This document shows positions 1 to 11,223 of a stretch of DNA of 64,000 nt, piece after piece. Source of the stretch: Bugula neritina (taxonomy: Eukaryota; Animalia; Bryozoa). Under the pieces are notes generated by a model. That model was not told the DNA's origin and searched no databases. It was given only the letters and a program-made list of their open reading frames with translations. The DNA is taken from assembly GCA_964035545.1 (NCBI GenBank), contig OZ037766.1:1116001-1180000 (forward strand). The letters are read 5' to 3'. Made by a program: the position numbers and the translations under genes. Numbering within the stretch: position 1 is the stretch's first letter; every line of letters begins with the position of its first letter.

Positions 1-1394
1 ATGCTAATTACTGGACTGGCAGTTTCCACAGGTACTTCATGGCTTTCCTTAGCTTCAGCAAACTACAGACCTCTAGACATTGGGCAGGTGTGTTCATCAC
101 ATGCTGATTTATGGATGTATTTACTTAGCTCCTGCTATAGGCAATGAGCCAAAGTTAAAGTATATCACCCTATAACCAAGTATGCTCATTGGTGACTTGA
201 GAGCTGAGACCTATAATTGAAATAACTCATATTATACAAGTTTGTTTAGTGTAGTGACCCTGTTTCATACTTTATAATAACTCCGGAAAACCTCATCTCT
301 AAACTTCATGTATAAAACAGAAGCCTTTATATGAATTGTAGGCCTCTGCTGGTTGGATTGGATTCTCTAGTATAATGGCTACCACTCTTGGCTCTATAGT
401 AATTTCTAGAGTCGCTGATCACTTATTGAAGAAATCTAAACTCATAATGATGGTATCCATATCATTTGGTATAGTGAATATAACCATACTGAGTTGTATA
501 CAACAGAAGTATATCATTCTACCCTTCAACAGTATGATTGGTGAGTTTATACATATTACAAAAATATATTTCTTGTAATTTTATTTTTTAAGAAAATCAA
601 AAAAGTTAAATTGAATGTTTGGTATGTTATTTGATAGTTTAAACAGATCTTAAAATGCAACAGAAATAAAAATAGTTATATCTATTTTAAAGCAAAACAA
701 CAAGATTCAATTGCAAATTAAAAAGCTTATTAATATTCTAAAACTTTTGCAATTCACTTACATTTTATGATAATTTTTTTTCTCCTGTTTTTTTAGCAAT
801 GTAGTAGCAATATAGTTTTAAAATTAGTTGAATTTTGTACAAAACAAACATAATTATTTGTAAACTTTTAACTAGAATTTAGAATTTAAACACAGGTTTG
901 TCTCTTTGTGTGTTGCAGTGTTGGCGTATATTTTGACTATAAATGCAAGCATTGGGTTAGGCAGTATTTACCCCCTTTGTTTTGAACTTGGCTGTGAGAT
1001 TGGATATCCAGTTAAAGAAGGGCTAGTGGGATGTCTCGTAACTATATCAGCATACTTGTTCTTATTCCTCTACTACGCGATTTACCTTGTACCTGCTTTT
1101 ACTAACGGTGAGTTGAATTACAAGAAACTTATATACGGTAACGTATTGTATTGGTTACACAGAGTTCAATGAAATAAGAAAAGCCAGTCTTCAGATGTTG
1201 AAATGTGTTATGCATGCAACTTTTTAAAACAATAAGCATTATCTTATTATTCAAATATTGTAGACACACACTGGATGAGTTGGACAACTCTAGGTTGCTC
1301 TGTAGCTGCATTCATTCTGTTATTCACCATAAAAGATCATTACCCAAGAGTAGACATGGAGGAAAGTCATTCTACAGACCATGTTACTGATTAA
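1..1394 (+). CDS. SLC49A4: SLC49A4/DIRC2-like MFS transporter, copy 1 (last four exons; 5' part outside window)
   Basis: GT-AG exons 1-87, 342-540, 919-1107 and 1264-1394 (TAA) join in phase. Peptides ..ANYRPLDIGQ|ASAGWIG..ELGCEIGYPVKEG..DTHWMSWTTLG..YPRVDME. The last three exon sizes (199, 189, 131) are identical to copy 2. Confidence 0.85.
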
Positions 1395-2631
1395 GAATGT
1401 CAAGAATGTTAGGAAATATATTAGAAATTTGCTGCTTTAACTTTTGACCATTTAAATGCTAAAGTATATATTAGTGTAACATATTGTGCTTAATTCTAAT
1501 TACATATATTATGGTAATATGCCATATATACTTTTATTTTAAACTAAACTCTCCCACATGTCTTAAAATGCAAATCATGCATCAAATATTATGTATAATA
1601 ACCATCTATAAATATAATCTTAAAGAATCTATATAAGCTATATTCTCTTCCAAATTAATATCAAGTTGGAATATACATAGCACCTTTATTTAGCTATTAT
1701 AGTTATTTATAATCTCCAATAAACTAAAGTCTATAGAGTCTAGAACGGTAATTTGAATGCTACGGTATAAACTATAGAGTGTTACCATATGCATCTATAA
1801 TGTGAAAACCTATCAATCAGTATTAGCATTATGAGTTGAATCTAGTAAAGACTACTGAACACTATCAAATTCTCCCTGCTTAAGCAACGTCGTTATATTA
1901 CATAATATCTATTCCAAGGTTTCCAGTAATTGGTGGGAAAGTCTTGCTAGAGAAATTAAAGTTGATGAATTGTAAATCTGATAAGTGCCTGCTTCTTTTT
2001 CTTGCAATTCATAATGTATTTCATATATGCATTGTATAGATGTAATATATAAACTAGCTATTTGCTTGACTGCACTGGATCAATGCACCTATTTATTACC
2101 CGAGACGACATGATGCACCGCATTTATAGCCTAGTAGTCCTAATACTATAGTAAAACTAAGAAACTCATTGGACCATGTAGTGTCTCAGCAGCTAGTCTG
2201 TTAGCGTAGATACAGTCTAGTACCAGTGTCAGTGTGAAATCAAGAATAAGACATTATTTGGTACAATTTTTCGAAGAGATGAATAATATTAAAGCTTCAG
2301 TGGATATGAAAGTTTGAGAACTGATTTTGTATATTAAGGTAAGTTTGTAATTTGCCACAACTTCTGAATCTGCATGTTAACTAGTTTTAAGCTTGGAAAG
2401 TTTTTAATAACTTAACACGTTCATGTTGACTTGCTGAGGTTTTAAAGCTAATTTTTTAATAGTTTTTTAGTCACTCTTAGGTTACATTGGCAGCTCAGTT
2501 GATTGTATTCAAACTTCCATTGCTTAATTCCTTATGCTTTGTTTAGCCCTTATAGCTTCTACATAAAGTGTGCAGTATAGGAAGCATACAGAACGTACCA
2601 CAACAGTTTCAAAGACTGGCTCTCAACCAAG

Positions 2632-5600
2632 ATGTTTAGCTATGTTGAAGACAGCTCAATTCAAACAGACAACAAGGAGAAAGATCCTTTGATAAACTAT
2701 GAATTTGAGTTGAGTTCACAGAAACCAGATGTACAGAATAATGTGTCTCCTAATCATAGCAATGATGGACAGGAAGTTAAGCTGTACAGAAGAAGGTGGT
2801 GGCTGTTGTTTGTTTACGGCTTGACTGGAATAGCTAAAGGTCAAATATACAACACTTGGCCCCCACTTTCTGGCTCTCTAATCATAGCCTATGATTGGTT
2901 AGACTCAGCAATAGCTCAGATACCTGGAGCAACAACAATCACCTGTGTGGTGGTTTCCCTCCCATTGATGTACCTTGTACAGAGGAAAGGTAGATACTTC
3001 TTGTAATAAATTATTTCACACAATCTATAACTGTTTGCTATATAAATTCAAAGCATGATAACTAATATAGTGTATAAAGTTAAAGTGTTCTGTGTTTGTG
3101 TTTATTAACAAATTATCCAGAATTCAAGTTTGACTCAAGCTAGTGACTACATCATGGTGTTGCCACCTGTAGGTCTGAGTGGAATTTCTTAAATTTTATA
3201 TAAACTTTCAAGTACAACCCTTTATCTGAATATACGATTAGATATTGTTGAATTTAGGTTTGAGATTTGGAATGGTGTTGGCCATATCCAGCTTGACAAT
3301 AGGATGCCTTACCGCAGTTATTTGTATCAACACAGACCACAGTATTTGGTGAGTGTATATTCCATTACGCTGTACAGTAGCTCTCTATGCCAATATTAAT
3401 TGTTTGAGTGTGTATAATTGAATAATTGAGATAAAATGGCATTGAATTGTTTCATAAATGTAAACGAAACCACATTTTAAAGGTTTTATTACTTTTTTCC
3501 AACAGGACCCTTCTGATTGGCTACTGTTTCAATGGAGTCACTTCCAGTATGCTGATGTCATCAGGCTCCTTACTTTCCGTCACGTGGTTTCCAGTGTCAG
3601 AGAGGACAACTGCTACTGCAGTCTGCACAATGTCACTACAGTTTGGTATAGGATTTGGTTTTATAACAGGTTATAACCATTATTTCAACTTTTAAATAAT
3701 TAAAATGTTCACGATGACTATGTAGCCTATATGCATTGCCGTAAAATATTTTTTAAAAGTATCATAAGTGTTATGTTGAAAATAAAGCAAGGTTATATGA
3801 ATTAAAGCCATGTCGAGAGTATAAATTTGTATATTATGAATGCTTCAGTTGGTAAACATTTTGATGTTTGATATGTTTTAGGGCCGTATTTTACTGATGT
3901 GCAAATCACAGATGGGAATGTTATAAATAGCACAAACATGACAGAAGGTAAATTAATTGTTCATCATCTTTTGTATTTGCACATGTTTTCTCAATGCTAT
4001 AATATACATACTGTTAGATTACCATATTATAGTAGTTACTCACTGGAACTTCAAGATGCAAACCGCCCCTCAGTAGTGTCATCAGGGTTTATATCAGTTG
4101 GCTGCTTGTAGCTATATATCGGCTATATACAATGGCTAGTATAGGGCAACTCCTGGTAACACGATAGCCTACATATCTGATAGGCTATTGTTATAGGCTT
4201 AGTTCTCAACGTGCAACTATAACACATACACTAACAGTATCCTCTACATCTGATAGTTTACTATAGCTGACATCTATGAAGGCTATTGGTAATGAAATCT
4301 GAATTAATTTAAAATTGATTCTAAGCACAATTAGTTTTGCGTCCAAAGTTCTTGAAGATTGTTGCTTTTAACTAAAACCTTGGAAAAAATAATTAATTGG
4401 GTTTGTTTTATTTAAAATCCGTATAAGGTTGACCTATATGCAAATATTTTCAGGTTTCATTCAGTCTGTGATCACAGGAATACACAGAGTTGTTTACTTT
4501 GGTAAGTCGTTTTATGTCATGCCTATTGTATGAAAATTAAAGTACATTAATGTACTAAAATTAGGAAATTGTAATTTGCATTGAAATATAAATAGACCGT
4601 TATACACCTGTTTTTATTAAACAAAGTTTGTGAACATGATTTCATAAAATTAAATTTGTACAAGTTTAACAACTGTTATATAAGTTTTTCTTGCTTTGAA
4701 AACTATTCTGAATAAATTACTGCTTTGAATAAAATTTAATTCTAAAAGGAAATTTTATTTTTATGATCATTTTAAATGTCAACTTTTTATAACACTTTTC
4801 AGGTTGTAGTTATATAACTGTGCATAAATACTATATATTATAATAAATTCTTATCAACTACAGAGCATTGATAAATTGTTCATCACTTATTAATTTCTAG
4901 CATTTTTATATTACGTTCATTGTTGCAGATTTAGCCTTGGTGCTGCTATGTCTGGTGATGATAATAGCCTACTTTCCTTCTAGACCTCCTCACCCTCCCA
5001 ACAAGTCCCAACTATTAAATGAAACCATGATAACAGGCTATGCAGAGGGAGTGAAGATTTTATTGCGGTGAGTGTATAAATTAAAGAATACATTTCAGAA
5101 ACTCACCAATTTGATCACTTTATATAGCAATAATTAAAGCTCAGTTATTATGTATATACAGTATAATTAAAAATACTCATTTAAAACACAAAATTCTATA
5201 AAAGTCACCGAGTAATACATAAATTCAGCTGTTATAACTTACCACTGGCTGCCAGGCTATTCCTGGTAGAGAGGTGAATACAATTAGGAACGTGATCTAG
5301 AGGTTTTGAGCAAGTTGTTTCAAAACCTGACAAATCGATCAATTTTTTCTTTTGCAAGAATTGCTACTCACAACTAAAAATAAAACAGTTGCAATGTAAT
5401 TTAAAGTTATACATATAGATCCTACAAACATATATTGAAAATTCAACAATTGAAACAGACTGCTCATAGAATTACATAAAATAAAATTTTTTGAACTTTA
5501 TACATTTTATTAAATATGTAAACAAAAGTCAGCAAGATTTGAAGAATATTATAAAAGTATAAGGATTTTTTTGGAAGATTTAAAACATGATTTGCTTGGC

Positions 5601-8574
5601 TTTAAAAATAATGAACAGCTAAACTTTAATTATGTTTTTATTATTGCATTAATCAAATGAACTTGAAATATATTTCAGGAACAAGCAGTTCTGGGTTTTA
5701 CTGATTGTAACAGGCTTCACGTACGCTACAGCAATCTCCTGGCTCTCTCTGGTATCTGCAGACTACAGACCTCTGGGTGTTGGACAGGTATATATTATAG
5801 TAGACACTGCATAACAAAACTTCATATAATATTGTTTAATTCAAAAGATGAAAATTCTTCTAATTTCAGTATAGATGATTTTAAAAATACCATTTGGTAG
5901 CTCTAAAACTTTAATACTATTTTCTAGCTATAACTACTTTCACTCCATCACATGGCTTGACAAAACATCAAGACTGTCTTTATCATTTGTAGTTATATTA
6001 AAATAATGCATTGCAATATCTCAACTTTTAAAATTTTAGGACAATAATGAAGCGCTTTAGCCTAGTAGTTAGAGCAGTGGATTTTTATGGCTATTTTAGG
6101 TAACTAGGTTAAAACCCTTTCCCTTCCATTGATGTGATATTAGATAAGGTATTCACAAGCCATGCGCAAACGTTTTGAGCTATAATATAATGTTGAGGGG
6201 CCTAGCTCTTAGTATGCCCGAACATCCTTATTACGGAGTGTTTCCCAAAGGGAAGCAGGTTTTAAGCAAGAAAGCAAAATGTATAAAAAAGACAATTTGC
6301 CAAGTGATATATATATATTGATAGTATGTTTTAAATTTTAAAACCCCATTATCAAATAATATGGTTATTTATACATATAGCTGTGAGAAAATATTATTTA
6401 CAATTTAAGCCTACCCATGCAGAAAATGAAAATACACATGCACATCATTAAGCAGCAATCAAACTGTAGAACTGAATTGACCACGTGCCGAAGTTTGAAA
6501 CCATATTTTAGTTCTTACATGCAAAACATTTTAGTAGTTATTAATTTAAATATTTATTTCAGATCAACAGGTAAACTAGTTTAATCACATGCAAGTTAAA
6601 AGCATGTTTATCGTTGAAATTATGTTTGTATACTTTCAATTTTTAAACCATTTTAATTTATTATCCACATACTGTAGCTTGATGTAGCTGCAATTGTTTA
6701 AATTGTGCTGTTATGTTTTGCACGTTATACTATCTATATTTACCTGCATATATTCACTTCTTCTTTAGTGGTCACACTTGAATGCACTTCCACATAGGAT
6801 GTATACTTGACATATAACAAAACTCTTTGCAGTAAATTTATTTATATTTTGGCAAAATATTATTATGTTCTTGTTGTAGCTGAAATTTTGAAAAAAAACT
6901 CTTTGTATTTAAAAAAAGATTCAATGCTACCATAAGGTTGAAGGTGAACTACTTTATTCACAAATAAATATTCCTTGTGTACAATTTGTTTGTCAAGTTT
7001 AATTCAAATAAATTATTTAGTAATATATGTATATATGAATTGTACAGTTGTAATGCTGCTATGTGTTTAATTTATAGGAAACTGCAGGCTGGATAGGACT
7101 TCTGAGCATAATCTTTTCAGTCCTTGGTTCTCTTTTAGTATCCAAAGTTGCTGATCATTTCTTAAGAAAGTCCAAACTGATAGCACAAATATCAATAGGG
7201 TTTGGCATAGTGAATATAGTTATACTAGTTTGTATAACCCAGAGGTATATCACTTTACCTTTCAACATCTTGATAGGTAAGTCTGTGGGTATATTAAAAT
7301 AGAGTCATGTTTATTTACATATATAGTAACACATTTGGAACTATTTTAATATTCAGCAACCTCTTTTGTGTGCAAGGAATAAAATGTTATGTTTACCTAT
7401 TGTAATTTGTATGCTATTGTTCTGTGTAGCTGAAAATGTAATTATATGTTATATATATTTAGAGCTTAGCCTAATTATTTCACTTATGGACACTAATAAA
7501 CATATTCAGTGCCCCAGTTCTTTGTTAACACTAAGACTGAAAACTGTAAGCAATATAATATAACTGATTGACTATATAAATAGTAGTAAAAAAGTAAACT
7601 GCAATTATTAAAGATAATCAAGCAATCCTAATTATAATTATTTAATAATATTATTTTGTTGATGTACATGCCACCACCTATACGTGCATAATGATACTTA
7701 AAATAGTTTCTGTATCTTTTAGTGTTGCTCTACATACTGACTATCAATACAAGCATTGGATTATGCAGTGTTTTACCTCTCTACTACGAACTTGGCTGTG
7801 AGATTGGATATCCTGTTAAGGAAGGGCTAGTGGGATGTCTCGTTACTGTAGCAGTTTTTGTTTTTCAGTCCATCTACTATGTGATGTACCTTATACCAGC
7901 CTTTGCAAACGGTGAGTTAGTTTTATAAGTAAGAAAATATACTAGGGGTATTATATGGTTCTATAACTGCAACTCATGCAAGTTTATTGTCACTATATTC
8001 ATGGTGAGAAACTGCTGATGGAAAGGGTGTGTGGTAAATCAACTATAAGAATTTATTCATATACATGGCACAAGAGCAATAATGACTGGATGCTCTTCCT
8101 AACATTCCCAATATAGCATTCATACACTGGGGTTCAAACCCATGACTAACGGCTCTCTAACCACTGAACCACTGTTACTATGATACAATAATTATATAAT
8201 GTAACAATATGGTATACTATGCCAATATAATATAATATAACACATCGTGCACATTGTTGCTTTTATTATAATTACAGTTTTTATCACAATAATTACTTCT
8301 TTTAAAACATACAAACAAAAAATCTAAACGAGTTTAAAACTACAATGCATCAATTTAGCTTGATATTGAATATTTCATCTACTATAAACATTACAATCAC
8401 ACAATATAATATATTGACAACTGTTTATTGCTTACTATTGTAGACACCCACTGGATGAGTTGGACAACTCTAGGTTGCTCTGTAGCTGCATTCATTCTGT
8501 TATTCACCATAAAAGATCATTACCCAAGAGTAGACATGGAGGAAAGTCATTCTACAGACAATGTTACTGATTGA
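2632..8574 (+). CDS. SLC49A4: SLC49A4/DIRC2-like MFS transporter, copy 2 (10 coding exons, about 497 aa)
   Basis: Exons 2632-2989, 3258-3348, 3506-3669, 3882-3947, 4454-4501, 4929-5067, 5679-5787, 7078-7276, 7723-7911 and 8444-8574; all GT-AG, phase-consistent, 1494 nt. SLC49-family motifs KLYRRRWWLL..YNTWPP, TWFPVSERTTATA, YFPSRPPHPP, EIGYPVKEG. Likely non-coding first-exon donor AG|GTAAGT at 2338/2339. Confidence 0.9.
7975..8175 (-). mobile_element. tRNA-derived SINE copy (same family as 45244-45478), in last intron of MFS copy 2
   Basis: Reverse complement contains GGGAATGTTAGGAAGAGCATCCAGTCATTATTGCTC and other blocks shared with 45244-45478. Boundaries approximate. Confidence 0.65.
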
Positions 8575-9139
8575 GAATGTCAAGAATGCAATTAGGATAT
8601 TATATATGTTAAGAAGTTGCTGCTTTAACTTTTAACTAAGTAAATGCTCAAATATAATGGTGTAATATTGTGCCTAATTTCACCTCAAATATAATAATAT
8701 ACCATTATATATCTTTATTTTAAACTCCATCCTTCCATACGCCTTAAGATGCGAATCATGCAGCAACTATTATGTAATAATTCCATCTATATAAATAGAA
8801 TCTTAGAAAATCTATAAGTAATACGTTCTTTCAAATTAATATAACTGCCATTAAGTTTAATCTCTGTAATATAAAGTGAACAGTAGTTTGAATGCTGAGG
8901 TTTGGAGTGTTTCTAAATTATAAGTAGCTGTTGGTAAATCTTACCAATCAGTATTATAGTACTAGGAGTTAAATCCTCTAAGTTAAAATAGCGGTAACTA
9001 GGATTCACCATGCATAGCTAGGGAAATCTATAATCCACCAAAAGGACATACACAACTAACAAATTATTCCTGTAGGGAGAATTTGTTAGTCAATGCATGT
9101 TTGTCCTTCTACGTACATCATTGTTATATTACATAGTAT

Positions 9140-9547
9140 TGTAGTGAATTTTGTCAGTTCACTATTATTATGTGTGGGTCGACTTAATCAAAGCCACTGC
9201 ACCAGGTTGTTTACGCTAAGATACTTTAGTATTTACACAAATACAAGAAGGTTATTTACTGCTAGCATGAATAGAAAACGATTACATAATTAGTGAGCTT
9301 TAATACACAACTACTCTAAATGAAGTCCCAAGCTGCTCTGCCAGCTAGCTACTCAGCGCACTGCAACTACGAGTAGCTAGCTCCACCTGCTATTAATTAG
9401 TGTGACTGTCCTGATTGGTGGTTACTAATGGTGCCACTGCTGTCCATAGCTACAGTCCGACATAGTCGAACTCACAATATAATAAACCATATAGAGTGAA
9501 CCTTTTCGATTAATATAATAAGAATTGCACTACTAAAATCCATCACA
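9140..9547 (-). repeat. 3' LTR (408 bp)
   Basis: Near-identical to 16615-17027 (about 7-8 substitutions and one small indel by eye); TG..CA termini. Confidence 0.95.
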
Positions 9548-9558
9548 CTCTCCTCACC
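9548..9558 (-). other. Polypurine tract
   Basis: Minus strand GGTGAGGAGAG directly abuts the TG start of the 3' LTR. Confidence 0.8.
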
Positions 9559-9795
9559 TATCGAAAAGTACTCTCTATACTTAATATTTACATGACAGTA
9601 ACACACGAATCATGATTAAAATAACATAGGGTTATACAAAACTAGGGGTACACACTTGAACAAGAGAAAAATATATACAGGGTAAATAACATAAGTATAA
9701 TAAAACGAGTTTTCACGCCGTAGTCCATAACACCTATTTACATTACTTGACCAGCCAGAATGGGGGGGGTACGTGTGTAGGTGGCCGCACTTCAA

Positions 9796-10982
9796 TCACT
9801 TCTTCGCCAGCCGCTTTTCTAGTCGGGTCTGCAACTTAGCCAGCTCGGTGGTCGCTCGCTTCTGCTCCTTACTGAGGCGGGCCATACGCCGTTGCACTTT
9901 CCTAATGTCAGTTAGTAGGGACTGGTCAGGGTCGCTGTCATCTCGGGGTGTGCCGCTAGCACCCCTCCTTTCCTTGTGGGTGTGTCGGGGCACATAAGAG
10001 ATAGTCGTCGTTGGGGGTTGTGAGTCCTTAGTTACAGCGCGTCCAGTACGGTTTACTATGACGCGTAGAGGTCGAGTGGTTACGTCTGGAGGGTAGGTTG
10101 TCGTTGTCTCAGAGGGTTGGGGGTCTGCATCAGAGTCACTCTCTACTGTAGGTCGGGTAGCGGGGAAGCGGTCTAGGAGAGTCTGTCGTCGGTCTGGGTC
10201 GGTCACGTGAGGTAGTATCAGGTCCCTGAACTTAGTGTAGGAGTCCGCGTCGACTTCATATAAGTGTCCAATGTAGCAGTCTCTAGTCCGTTGATGTCGC
10301 AATATAGTGTCCCTGCAGAAGTGGTGGACTCCGCAGGGACAGAAAGTCACAGTAAAATGTTGGGGGACATGTATTTTAAGTCTCTTAGTAGTGGATAGTG
10401 TTCGTCTACACTCAGTACATTGTCTATTGTCGTCTGACCCTACTAGTGCTTGAATCAGTGTCCGAGTCCGTCGAGTCGTCCAGTTAGTCCGTTCGAGTAA
10501 GGCTTGTGGCAATGCTAGAGTATTGTCATTGGCTACAGTCAAGTCAGTTGTGTCTATTTGCATCGCGGTGTTTGTCGGGGAGTCCGTAAGTGTTGATAAG
10601 TGTATGTCGGACAGCATGTCTACCCCTGCTTCTGACCTGCTGTCCCAGTTAGTCGTAGGTGTGTCGAGTAATGCCTGTATCTCGTCAGATACAGGCTCAG
10701 TCTCACCTGCAATAGAGTATTTAAATTTGAATTACACTCTATGCGTGAGACTCCTGTTCCAAACGATATTAATAATCGAGTCTCACAGTCTGTCACTCAC
10801 TGATCGTGTAATCAGCTGAGTCGACCGTCCCACTCTAACTATCAAATATTGTTTGCTGTCAGGAGTTTCAACTTTATCATTATGACAAAGTGAGACTGTT
10901 GTCGCTACCAGAGTAAATTCTAATTAATTATTATAGAATTTCTAGTAGACTTACCCCCCAAAACAGTTGCTGCATTAGACAT
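9796..10982 (-). CDS. Retrotransposon accessory ORF3: spliced zinc-finger / coiled-coil protein (about 312 aa), not env
   Basis: The 273-aa ORF is open upstream to acceptor TTGCAG| at 10706. Exon 10982-10955 (MSNAATVLG, G|GTAAGT) joins in phase 1. C-x2-C-x12-H-x3-H finger (CTEC..HVPQH), a second C-x-C..H..C cluster, and a C-terminal heptad/basic helix. Confidence 0.7.
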
Positions 10983-11223
10983 AATGATGCTGCTGTTTTC
11001 TTAGGGCTCGTAGATAGCCAAATTGCTTACTGCAAAAGATGTGCTGCCTGTTTGCTAGCTGTAATTGAAAAGAGCGCTCACAGCTAGAGTGCTTATGTAA
11101 CACCCAATACGCTGTTGAGTTGGCTACGCTCTGCTGACCCCCGGCTGACCTATTCAATCCGCCATTGGGTGGCCTGTTATCAATTACCTCTCTCCCCCAG
11201 ACTTCTTTGTGAATGTCGCCATG

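Noticed and set aside
9796-10617. ORF3 as an envelope gene
   Set aside because: No signal peptide, furin site/fusion peptide or transmembrane segment; Cys/His fingers point to a nucleic-acid-binding protein.
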